Assembly (NCBI GenBank): GCA_045863235.1
Contig: BTUM01000004.1
Location: forward strand, 96,001-160,000
DNA: 64,000 nucleotides
Origin: Candidatus Xenobia bacterium
GTDB taxonomy: Bacteria; Vulcanimicrobiota; Xenobia; Xenobiales; QWHO01
Direction: 5' to 3'
The notes beneath the pieces are model-generated. The model ran no database searches. It was not told where the DNA came from and saw only the letters and a list, made by a program, of their open reading frames with translations. Positions 28,725 to 37,401 of this stretch are shown here, one piece after another (within the stretch, counting starts at the first letter, position 1; every line of letters begins with the position of its first letter). The translations under genes were made by a program, and so were the position numbers.

Positions 28725-29339
28725 TCACACGCGGTGGAGGCTCCCGGTGTAACTCCAAAGTCGCGACCAGAACGAGATGCGGACCGGACGCTCGGGCCAG
28801 AGAAGCCTGACCACCTCGAGATCGCTGTCATCGGGCAGGTAGCTCACCACCAACGCAGCAAATGACTCCCCCTCCCGGGCAGTGCGCCAATCGTCCTGGC
28901 TGACCCACAAGAGTCCCTCCTCGCGAAGCAGCTGGCTCTCTTTTGGACGGATGGTCAGCGAGTAGTAGTCGCGGGTGAAGCGGCCTGCGTGCTCGTTCCA
29001 ATCCTCTTCTTGATGATGCTCCCTGGCCACCACGATCCCGGACAGCTCGAGGATGCGACATTCGGGCCGCATCGCCGCCGACGCTCGCGCCCGCCTGCAC
29101 TCGATGATGACCGCCAGGGCCAACAGACCCAGGCATAGACCCAGGGCAATCCAACCGCCGCGGGAGCCTTCCCGCACCCACTTGAAACCATGAAAGATGC
29201 CTGGTCCGAGATACCACAGGGAGGCGAGGGCTAGAATGAACGTTCCCTGGCGGCCAGAGCGCCGGTCGCAGCCCCTTTGCATGACGCCAGCGGCTCGCTG
29301 ATGATCGTGGGGAGAAAACAGGTAGGGCATCCGGGTCAC
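28725..29339 (-). CDS. Membrane hypothetical protein (2 TM plus a small beta domain)
   Basis: Two hydrophobic helices; weaker codon bias; start uncertain. Confidence 0.55.
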   Translation of the reverse strand: MTRMPYLFSPHDHQRAAGVMQRGCDRRSGRQGTFILALASLWYLGPGIFHGFKWVREGSRGGWIALGLCLGLLALAVIIECRRARASAAMRPECRILELSGIVVAREHHQEEDWNEHAGRFTRDYYSLTIRPKESQLLREEGLLWVSQDDWRTAREGESFAALVVSYLPDDSDLEVVRLLWPERPVRISFWSRLWSYTGSLHRV

Positions 29340-29424
29340 CTCGACTTTCCAAGGATGACCCCGCCTCGGAGCGCTAGACCAATTTGCCCCGGGTGAGCTA
29401 TGTTACCGAAATGTTAACCAGATG

Positions 29425-29553
29425 TCAAGAGTCCCGGGCTGCCTTCTTCAAGCGCTCGAGCTCGACCAGCCGGGTCTGGATGACTTCCAGCGACAGATTG
29501 ATCCGATCCTGGCCGCAGCAGCACGGAGGCGTTGTCTCGTCGGGCGACTCCAT
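29425..29553 (-). CDS. Putative 42-aa small protein MESPDETTPPCCCGQDRINLSLEVIQTRLVELERLKKAARDS
   Basis: ATG-to-TGA ORF filling an intergenic gap; below the ORF-track size cutoff. Confidence 0.4.
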   Translation of the reverse strand: MESPDETTPPCCCGQDRINLSLEVIQTRLVELERLKKAARDS

Positions 29554-29592
29554 ACTCCCTGAGACAGACCGACAGGCAGAAAAGTTCCCGGT

Positions 29593-31872
29593 TCAGGAAC
29601 GGCGGCGGAGGCGCACGCTGCCGACCTGGACCGCTCCCGGCTGCTCGACCACGGCTCCCCCCGGGCCGGTCGGAACCCCACCAAAACCTGCCAACACCTG
29701 CTGGCGGGCGGCCAGGGCGTCCATCCCGCCGTCCTGGAGGCCCTTCAGCTGGCGAAAGAGCTCCACAGCCTGGTCTTGCTTTTCGACCCCGACCAGGTCG
29801 AGCAAGTAACGGAAGTCCGCCATCCCTTCTCCGCGCGAGATCTGGTAGGCGGACAAAGCGGTCTCCAGAGTGGTGCCGCCTTGCTGGCAATCGAGCACCT
29901 GCCGCCAGGCCTCTTCGGGAGAGGTCACAAAGGCCGTCAGAACCGGGTGCACCTGGGCCACCCGGGTCATCGTGCGCAACTCGTCGAGCAACTCTCGCTC
30001 CCAGTCCGCAGCGTGGGCCCGATAGGCCTGCTCGAGAGGCTCGTGCGACAACCCTCCCGCGGTCGAAAGTCGGACGGCCACGGGGAGACACTCCGAGCGC
30101 TCAGCCGGGGGGGAGTCAGCTCGCCCGAACGGCTCGAGCTGCCGCTCGAGCAAGGCGACCCCCAGGTGGTCCCAGAGAAACTCGGCCGCCACTCGCTTTC
30201 CCAGGAGCAAGGCCAGGGCATCGGGCGCCTGGGCGAGCATGGAGCGATCACGGCAGGCCTCAAAGAGCGCCTCCACCACTTCGGTGGCTTTCTCGGGAGT
30301 GAGCTGATCGCTCGGCGGCAGATTGGCCAGCAGAGCACGAGCCGAGACGGCGGCCTCAGGGTCGGGTCGATAGGCCTTCTGCCAGGCCATCATGGCCGCA
30401 TCCGCCATCTGGTCGTCCAATTCCAGGCCCTGCGACGACTCGAGCAGGCGGGCCACGACCGATCGCTGCTCGTGGCGGCCCAGGGACTGGAGCCTGGCTC
30501 CTTCCTGCTCGACGCAGGCCAGGGCCAGCCAACCCGCCGCCTGACGCGAGCGCGAAGAAAATGCCGCGGTGCCCACCTCGTGGAGCTTGTCGAGCAGGTC
30601 GGGGCCGCGCACACCCGGGCAGCGAAGCAGGGCGGCCAGCTCGTAGAGAGGCGTCAGGTCGTCGGTCACGGGGAGGCGACCCTTCAGCTGCTCGAGGTTC
30701 TCGCGCACTACAGGCTCGAGCTCGCTCACCCGCACCTGAAGAGCGTGGGGAGAGAGTGTGCTCAGCGAGCGCACCAGTGCATCCTCGGCTCCCCCCTGCA
30801 CGTCCTGGAAAGGACCGCGCATGTTGATGCCCAACCCGAACAGGTCGCGGCCGATGGCCAGGCGCTCGGCCATGGGGCCCTCGGCCCCGGCGAGCCGGGT
30901 CAGCAGGGCATCCCGCTGGGGCTCGCGCACCAGCTTGTCCACCTCGTTGCCGAGGTAGTTGCGCTCCTGAAAACGCTCGTTGGTCAAGAGGTCGACCAGC
31001 TTCTGCTTGTCGGGCGCCTCCAAAGGCAAGGAAATGAGCACCGACAGACGGGTGCGATCGACTTTGTCCATGGCCTGGCTGTGCCCGGCGCGAGCGTAGG
31101 CAGCCTCGGCGGCCTGCAAGAGGGCGGCAACCAGCGCCGGCTCCGGCCTGATCAGGCTGTAGTAGGTTTCCAGCCCGTTCCAGCTGCTCATGCCCTTCAG
31201 CAGGGCGGTCCGCTCGGAATTGGGGTCAGGATCGTGGACCAGGCGGTCCACAAGGGCGGTGGAGAGCGAGACCATCCGGCCCCGGGTGTCGGGCAACTCC
31301 TCGCCGGCCAGAGCAGCACGGTCGGCCTTGCTCAACCCGGCCAGGAACTCGTGCAGGGGCTCGTCCTTGAACAAAGCCGCGGACTCGTCGCCCGGCGCAA
31401 AGGGCAGATAGAGCCGGGCCAACGGGTCGGGGCAGCTGGTTTCGGGCCGACCCAAAGCGAAGTTGGCCGCTCGCGCCACCAGGGGATCGTCTGACTGCGA
31501 CCAGGCCACCAGAGGAGCCGCCTCCTCCTCCGAGAGCTGGCTGGCGCGATGGCGCTGCCCAAGCTCGACGAGTCGAGGCAGGATCTCACGGCGCTCAGCC
31601 TGACGCAGGCGTCGGGACCAGTCTTCGGGGGCCGAGGGGTCCTGAATTGCTCCCTCTTCGGACTGCAGCAGCGCTGGGGGAGCCGCGCTCGCGCTGGCCG
31701 CGGGCGCGCTCGGAGAGGGCGCGGCCTTCTCAGGCTTCTCCGCTTTCTGAGGAGCGCAAAGACGGGTCGAGTCGGCCGGTTCTGGAGGGTCGGGGGGCGA
31801 TGCCGTCAAGGCGGCCGGGGGCGGCTGCGCGGTGGCTGGCAGGCCTGTGATTGTGACCCCCTGAATGATCAT
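29593..31872 (-). CDS. Large alpha-helical hypothetical protein with Pro/Ala-rich N-terminus and C-terminal VQVGSVRLRRRS motif
   Basis: Long ORF; likely start MIIQGV at 31872. Confidence 0.8.
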   Translation of the reverse strand: MIIQGVTITGLPATAQPPPAALTASPPDPPEPADSTRLCAPQKAEKPEKAAPSPSAPAASASAAPPALLQSEEGAIQDPSAPEDWSRRLRQAERREILPRLVELGQRHRASQLSEEEAAPLVAWSQSDDPLVARAANFALGRPETSCPDPLARLYLPFAPGDESAALFKDEPLHEFLAGLSKADRAALAGEELPDTRGRMVSLSTALVDRLVHDPDPNSERTALLKGMSSWNGLETYYSLIRPEPALVAALLQAAEAAYARAGHSQAMDKVDRTRLSVLISLPLEAPDKQKLVDLLTNERFQERNYLGNEVDKLVREPQRDALLTRLAGAEGPMAERLAIGRDLFGLGINMRGPFQDVQGGAEDALVRSLSTLSPHALQVRVSELEPVVRENLEQLKGRLPVTDDLTPLYELAALLRCPGVRGPDLLDKLHEVGTAAFSSRSRQAAGWLALACVEQEGARLQSLGRHEQRSVVARLLESSQGLELDDQMADAAMMAWQKAYRPDPEAAVSARALLANLPPSDQLTPEKATEVVEALFEACRDRSMLAQAPDALALLLGKRVAAEFLWDHLGVALLERQLEPFGRADSPPAERSECLPVAVRLSTAGGLSHEPLEQAYRAHAADWERELLDELRTMTRVAQVHPVLTAFVTSPEEAWRQVLDCQQGGTTLETALSAYQISRGEGMADFRYLLDLVGVEKQDQAVELFRQLKGLQDGGMDALAARQQVLAGFGGVPTGPGGAVVEQPGAVQVGSVRLRRRS

Positions 31873-32036
31873 CGCCACTTGTTTCTGGGCGAGGGATTGC
31901 TGTCCCTCTGCTGGCTGCCTGCAACGCCAGGAAGGCGGCGTTGATCGCTTCCGCCAGAGACAAGCCGCCGGGCAGGAGCCCGCCCGCAAGGTCAGGAAAG
32001 CCCCATCACAGCAGCTTTCCCAAGGAGGACCTTCCG

Positions 32037-33434
32037 ATGCGCATCCTGATCCAGAACGGTGAAGTCGTCACCGCGTCCGACCAGTTCAAGGCCGAGGTGC
32101 TCATCGAGGGCGAGAAGGTCGTAGCCGTGGGCCAGAACCTGGGAGTCACCAACGCCGACAAGGTCTACGACGCCACCGGCCACCTGGTCATCCCGGGAGG
32201 CATCGACGTCCACTGTCACCTGGACATGCCGTTCATGGGCACGCGCAGCAAGGACGACTTCTTCACCGGCACGAGGGCCGCCATCTCGGGCGGCACCACC
32301 TCCATCATCGAGTTTTGCATCCCGACCAAAGGCGGCACCATCAAGCAGGCGCTGGCTGACTGGGATGCCAAGAGCGCCCCCAAAGCCTGCTGCGACTATT
32401 CCTTCCACATGGCCATCGTGGACTGGAACGAGGGCATCCGCAAGGAGCTCGACGCGGTCTTCGAGCGGGGCATCACCAGCTTCAAAGTATTCACCGCCTA
32501 CAAGGGCGCCCTGATGCTCTCCGACGAGGAGATCTTCCGCCTGATGCTGGAGGTCAAGGCCCGAGGCGGCCTGGTCACGGCCCACGCCGTCAACGGTGAT
32601 GTTTTGACCGTGCTGGCCGACAAGTTCGCCGCCGAGGGCAAGCTGACCCCGCACTATCACCCCCTCTGCCAGCCCGGCTACGCCGAGGGCGAGGCCACCG
32701 GGCGCATCCTCGAGCTCGGCAACCTGGCCGGACAACCCGCCTACATCGTCCACATGACCGCCAAGGAAGCGGTGGAGGAGCTGGTGCGGGCCCGCGCTCG
32801 CGGCTGGGAGTCGTTCGGGGAGGTGTGCACTCAGCACCTCACCCTGGACGACAGCCTCTATGATCTGCCCGACTTCGAGGGCGCCAAGTACGTGATGAGC
32901 CCTCCCCTTCGCAAGAAGGCCGACCAGGAAGCGTTGTGGGCCGCTCTGGCCAACGGCACCATCCAGGTGGTGGGCACCGACCACTGCACCTTCGACTTCA
33001 AGGGCGGCAAGGACATGGGCAAGGACGACTTCCGCAAGATCCCCAACGGGCTCAACGGCATCGAGGAGCGGATGAACATGCTCTTCAGCTACGGGGTCAA
33101 GTCGGGCAAGATCCCCATGACCAGATTCGTCGAGGTGACCGCCACCAACCCGGCCAAGATCTTCGGGCTCTACCCCCAGAAGGGGCACATCTCCCCCGGA
33201 GCCGACGCCGACGTGGTCATCTACAACCCCAACAAGGAAGGCGTGATCTCCGCCAAGACCCACAATTCGGCCTGCGACTACAACGTTTACGAGGGCTGGA
33301 AGATCCTGGGCGCCCCTCACACCGTCTTCGTGCGCGGCAAGGTGGCCTACGAGAACGGCAAGTTCGTGGGCGAGGCAGGCAACGGCAAGTTCCTGGCCCG
33401 GGCCGCCGGCAAACCCCAACTGGCCATGGTCTAA
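32037..33434 (+). CDS. hydA: Dihydropyrimidinase (D-hydantoinase)
   Basis: PGGIDVHCH, SFKVF (carboxylated Lys), YVMSPPLR, GTDHC, IPNG; AAGGAGG RBS. Confidence 0.95.
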   Translation: MRILIQNGEVVTASDQFKAEVLIEGEKVVAVGQNLGVTNADKVYDATGHLVIPGGIDVHCHLDMPFMGTRSKDDFFTGTRAAISGGTTSIIEFCIPTKGGTIKQALADWDAKSAPKACCDYSFHMAIVDWNEGIRKELDAVFERGITSFKVFTAYKGALMLSDEEIFRLMLEVKARGGLVTAHAVNGDVLTVLADKFAAEGKLTPHYHPLCQPGYAEGEATGRILELGNLAGQPAYIVHMTAKEAVEELVRARARGWESFGEVCTQHLTLDDSLYDLPDFEGAKYVMSPPLRKKADQEALWAALANGTIQVVGTDHCTFDFKGGKDMGKDDFRKIPNGLNGIEERMNMLFSYGVKSGKIPMTRFVEVTATNPAKIFGLYPQKGHISPGADADVVIYNPNKEGVISAKTHNSACDYNVYEGWKILGAPHTVFVRGKVAYENGKFVGEAGNGKFLARAAGKPQLAMV

Positions 33435-34231
33435 GGCACGGGCTGGCTGTCGATGGTGGGCTCGCTGCCGGGCACCCAACCCGGCACCGAGTCGTCGGCC
33501 GGCACGCTCTGCACCGGAGCCTGAGGGGGCGCCGCGTTGGGATCGGGCGGCAGCCAGCTGGGCTCGGTGTTGTCGTCGGGCGGCACCGGCTGGTTGCTGG
33601 CATCCTTCCACACCGACCCGTCAGGATTGGGCATGGGCACCGTGGCGGCCGGAGGCTCGGAAGCCGGAGGCGGCCCGTCGGCCGCCGGTGGCGTGTCCTC
33701 GGGCACCGGAGCCTCCTCCTCGGTGACCACCTCCTCGTCGGCAGGCACGCTCTCCTCGCCTCCCGCGGTGGCCTCGGGCACCGGGTCGTCCCCGGAGTCT
33801 TCCGACTGCTCGCCATCGAGCATCTTGACCTTGACGTTCACCTTGACCTTGACGTAGGCCTCGGGCTTCTTGCGAAACTCGGCCAGGCACTCGGCGTGGG
33901 CAAAATACAGGGTCTTGCCGTAGTGGTCGGTGCGGTAGGGGGCGGTGTCGTCCACCGGAGCCCCGCAGACCAGGTCGATGAGCGGCGTGCCGTCGGCTGA
34001 AAGGGGCACCTCACGAGGGCGCGAGACATTGGGAGGGGCGGGCGTGAGGGCCACCGCCGCCCCCTGCGTGGCAGGCTTGCCCCCCAGCAAGGTGGCGCAA
34101 TAGACGGCCAGTCCCAGCACCAGGCCCCCCGTGGCCAGAAGCGCCCAGCGCTGGTGAGGCTTGAGGGGCGGCTCGTTGGAGGGCATGCGCTTAATGCGCA
34201 CCTTCAGGGTTTCATCGCTCAGCGGGGGCAC
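33431..34231 (-). CDS. Membrane-anchored YHS-domain protein with acidic Pro-rich tail
   Basis: TM; DLVCGAPVD...YGKTLYF..ECLAEFRKKPEAY. Confidence 0.8.
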   Translation of the reverse strand: MPPLSDETLKVRIKRMPSNEPPLKPHQRWALLATGGLVLGLAVYCATLLGGKPATQGAAVALTPAPPNVSRPREVPLSADGTPLIDLVCGAPVDDTAPYRTDHYGKTLYFAHAECLAEFRKKPEAYVKVKVNVKVKMLDGEQSEDSGDDPVPEATAGGEESVPADEEVVTEEEAPVPEDTPPAADGPPPASEPPAATVPMPNPDGSVWKDASNQPVPPDDNTEPSWLPPDPNAAPPQAPVQSVPADDSVPGWVPGSEPTIDSQPVP

Positions 34232-34282
34232 AGGTCTATGAATTCGCGGCCCTGAGAGCCGCTCCTGTGAGCGCCGCTCTGC

Positions 34283-35101
34283 TCAGGACTCGAGCTCTTT
34301 GAGAGCGGCCTGTTGGGCTGAGCGCGACTCTTGCAAGAGGACGCGCGAGACCCGCCGCAGACGGCTGAGCGAGTCGGGAGACGGGTCCTGGCCCATCAGC
34401 GCGATGGCCTCGGCCACCCTTTGCAGGGCCTCGAGCTCGCCCAGGTAAGCCTTATGGGCCGCTCCCCCTTTCACCGCGCCGGCCTCCTTGCGAAGCTTGG
34501 AGACCTCACGCGTGAGCTTCTCCCCCTCCCGGGCCAGCAGGCCCAGATCGGGCTCTTTGGTGTTGCCCTGGTAGACCAGCTGTTGCAAGCGACCCGAAAG
34601 CTCGGCCTCGCGCCGCTGGATGGGGAGGATCCTGGCCTGCCAGGCATAGTAGCCGGCCGGCCCGCCCGGCGAAAGACGGGGAAGCCACTGCTGGCGGGCG
34701 CTCAGCCAGTCCAGCTGAGCCAGGCTCAGGATGCGGTTGAGCTCGTGCGAAAAGACCTGCACGCTGGCGCGATCGGACTTGCCGGCCTGCAGGAAGGTGG
34801 CGATGCGTTTCAGAGCCTGCAGGTGGGCCTTGGAGCGGGCCAGGGCGGCCATCCGGTAGCCGACCAGGGACTTGTGAAAGGGGGCCCGGCTCAGCTTGTC
34901 CTGGTATGCCAGCACCGCTTCCTCGCGCACCTTCAGCTTCTCCAACGCTTTAGGGGCGGAGATCCGGCCGCTCAACCAATCTTCCAGCAGGTTGCCACTC
35001 TCGGCCACGGCTTCGGCCTGCCCGTCCACGAAGCGCTGCACGGCGAGGTCGTAGCGCCAGGCGGGCGTCTGGGCCAGCGCCAGGGGGGCCAGCAGCAGCA
35101 C
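34283..35101 (-). CDS. Secreted helical hypothetical protein
   Basis: LLLAPLALA signal-peptide-like end; true start uncertain. Confidence 0.7.
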   Translation of the reverse strand: MLLLAPLALAQTPAWRYDLAVQRFVDGQAEAVAESGNLLEDWLSGRISAPKALEKLKVREEAVLAYQDKLSRAPFHKSLVGYRMAALARSKAHLQALKRIATFLQAGKSDRASVQVFSHELNRILSLAQLDWLSARQQWLPRLSPGGPAGYYAWQARILPIQRREAELSGRLQQLVYQGNTKEPDLGLLAREGEKLTREVSKLRKEAGAVKGGAAHKAYLGELEALQRVAEAIALMGQDPSPDSLSRLRRVSRVLLQESRSAQQAALKELES

Positions 35102-35114
35102 CAGGACCAGGGCT

Positions 35115-36476
35115 CTAATTGGTCAACCCCTGCAAAGGCGAAGGGATGCGTCCCCCCCGCAGCACGAATTCGCGGGCTGCAAAGCGGTGAACCGGCAGGA
35201 TGGGCGAGGCTCCCAGCAGGCCGCCGTAGTCGACCGACTCGCCGGCCCGCTTGCCAGGCACGGGCAGCAGACGGACGGCGGTGGTCTTGTTGTTCACCAT
35301 GCCGATGACCATCTCGTCGGCCATGATGGCCGACAGCGTCTCGGGTGTGGTGTCGCCAGGCACCACCACCATGTCCAGGCCCACCGAGCAGACCGCGGTC
35401 ATGGCCTCGAGCTTGTCGATGGTCAGGGCGCCCATGCTGACCGAGCGGGCCATCTCGGCGTCCTCGCTGACGGGAATGAAAGCACCGCTCAGCCCGCCCA
35501 CGCTGGAGGAGGCCATGGCCCCGCCCCGCTTGACGGCGTCGTTGAGCAGGGCCAGCGCGGCCGTAGTGCCGTGGGTGCCGCACTTCTCCAGGCCCATGGC
35601 CTCCAGCACCTCGGCCACCGAGTCTCCCGCGGCCGGGGTGGGAGCCAGCGACAGGTCCACGATGCCGAAGCGCACGCCCAGGCGACGCGAGACCTCGCGG
35701 CCCACCAGCTCGCCCATGCGGGTGATCTTGAAAGCGGTGCGCTTGATGGTTTCAGCCAGATCCTGCAGGGGAGCACCGTGCATCTGGCGCACCGCCGCAG
35801 CCACCACGCCCGGACCGCTGATGCCCACGTTGATGGAGATCTCGGCCTCGCCGGTGCCGTGCATGGCCCCGGCAATGAAAGGGTTGTCCTCGGGCTGGTT
35901 GCAGAACGTGACCAGCCGGGCGCAGGGGCCGCCCTGCAGCTCGGGGCGCAGGTGGGCGGTGCGGTGGATCACCTGGCCCATGTGCAACACCGCATCCATG
36001 TTCACACCGGCCCGGGTGGAGGCCACCGAGATCGAGGAGCACACGCGAGAGGTGGCGTTGAGGGCCTCGGGCAGCGAATCGATCAACACCCGATCGCCGT
36101 CCTTGTAGCCTTTGTGGACCTGAGCCGAGAAGCCGCCCAGGTAGTCGATGCCCACCGCTTCGGCGGCCCGATCCAGGGCCAGGGCCAGGGGGGTGTAGTC
36201 CCTGGCGCCCGTGGAGGCGGCGATGTAGGCCGCCGGCGAGATGGAGACCCGCTTGTTGACGATGGGGATGCCGAACTCTTCCGACACCGCCTCCACCGTG
36301 GGCACCAGCTTCTCGGCCGAGCGCAGGATCTTGCGCACCACCCGCTCGCACACGGAGCGCATGTCGGTGGCGCAGCAATCGAACAGGCTGATGCCCATCG
36401 TGACGGTGCGCACGTCGAGGTGCTGCTCCTCGAACATGCGCAGGGTTTCAAGAATCTCTTCGGAGGACAACCACAT
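35115..36476 (-). CDS. DUF711/UPF0210 (PFL-like) family protein
   Basis: LDVRTVTMGISL, IPIVNKRVS, EDNPFIAGA, IVDLSLAPT, CSVGLDM. Confidence 0.95.
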   Translation of the reverse strand: MWLSSEEILETLRMFEEQHLDVRTVTMGISLFDCCATDMRSVCERVVRKILRSAEKLVPTVEAVSEEFGIPIVNKRVSISPAAYIAASTGARDYTPLALALDRAAEAVGIDYLGGFSAQVHKGYKDGDRVLIDSLPEALNATSRVCSSISVASTRAGVNMDAVLHMGQVIHRTAHLRPELQGGPCARLVTFCNQPEDNPFIAGAMHGTGEAEISINVGISGPGVVAAAVRQMHGAPLQDLAETIKRTAFKITRMGELVGREVSRRLGVRFGIVDLSLAPTPAAGDSVAEVLEAMGLEKCGTHGTTAALALLNDAVKRGGAMASSSVGGLSGAFIPVSEDAEMARSVSMGALTIDKLEAMTAVCSVGLDMVVVPGDTTPETLSAIMADEMVIGMVNNKTTAVRLLPVPGKRAGESVDYGGLLGASPILPVHRFAAREFVLRGGRIPSPLQGLTN

Positions 36477-36592
36477 GGCGCACCCGGCTTCGCGAACGGG
36501 GACCGGAGGCCTGCCTGGGGGATGCTGGGCACCATGGAGGCTCTGGCCAGGCGGCTTCGAAAGCTGCAAGCATCCCCGGAAAGGAGCCCAGA

Positions 36593-36961
36593 ATGGTAAG
36601 ACGGATCGGATTGAGCCTGTCCTGCCTGCTGCTGCTGGCGATCCCCGCCATGGCACAGGTGGTGGACCTGCCCGCCGGAGCCGACAAGGTGGAAAAGCAC
36701 CTGGTTTCCGGCAAGACCACCATCGTGGAGTTCTACGCCGACTGGTGAGGGCCGTGTAAGAGAATGGCCCCCAGTTTGGAGGCCTACGCCAAGAATTCCG
36801 CCAACAAGACCGCCCTGCTCAAGATCAACGTTGACAACCACAGCGATCTGAGCGACAACATGGGAGTGCGTTCCATTCCCGCCTTCTTCATCTATGACGC
36901 CAAAGGCAAGCTGATCAAGCAGGGGCCTGACGCGCGCAGCTGGGTCGAGGAGAAGATCTGA
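36593..36961 (+). CDS. Exported thioredoxin with in-frame TGA at the first active-site position (WUGPC): probable selenoprotein
   Basis: AAGGAG RBS; ATG 36593; signal peptide; IVEFYADW-TGA(36746-36748)-GPCKRMAP; GVRSIP cis-Pro; same frame as the 36764..36961 track ORF. Confidence 0.85.
36766..36784 (+). promoter_or_regulatory. Candidate bacterial SECIS hairpin
   Basis: GGCCCCCA-GTT-TGGAGGCC stem-loop (one C.A mismatch); loop G 26 nt after the UGA; alternative GGGCCGT/ATGGCCC stem directly after the UGA. Confidence 0.55.
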
Positions 36962-36966
36962 CCCTG

Positions 36967-36995
36967 GCGGTGCTCAGGCAGCGCCTGGGCACCGC
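36967..36995. terminator. 13-bp hairpin between convergent trx and ACT genes
   Basis: GCGGTGCTCAGGC-AGC-GCCTGGGCACCGC; no U-tract. Confidence 0.55.
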
Positions 36996-37352
36996 TCAGA
37001 TCCGGTGCATGTAGGCGAAGATCTCCTCGCGCTGCAGGCGAAAGCGCACCCCCAGCGGACGAGACTCGACCTCCAGGCGCTCGCGCAGCTCAGCCAGGTT
37101 GGCCGCCGAGCAGTTGTCCACCTCGGCCGACAGAATCAGGGTGAAGCACTTTTGCTGCTCCACCGTGTCGGCCCGCAACACCCGCACCCCGTTGCGGGCC
37201 AGCAGATCGTGCACCCGGGTGGCCAGATCGGCGTGAGCCTGCGAGCCGACCTGATAGCGAGCCTCTCCCAGCACGATGTGGCGCGGTTCGGCGGCCGGGT
37301 AGCAGAGCCCGTCCGGCCCGTAGACCGCCAGTATCAGTCGGCATCCATTCAT
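36996..37352 (-). CDS. ACT domain protein (UPF0237-like, usual partner of DUF711)
   Basis: FTLIL...LRERLE...LGVRFRLQREEIFAYMHRI C-terminus. Confidence 0.8.
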   Translation of the reverse strand: MNGCRLILAVYGPDGLCYPAAEPRHIVLGEARYQVGSQAHADLATRVHDLLARNGVRVLRADTVEQQKCFTLILSAEVDNCSAANLAELRERLEVESRPLGVRFRLQREEIFAYMHRI

Positions 37353-37401
37353 GGGGCGGGGACCTTCCCCATCGCGCGCTTCTCCCCTGCCCGGCGGGGC
37401 A

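Noticed and set aside
36746..36748. Thioredoxin pseudogene
   Set aside because: The only lesion is a TGA exactly at the catalytic Cys, with an intact frame and a downstream hairpin; Sec is more parsimonious, though unproven.
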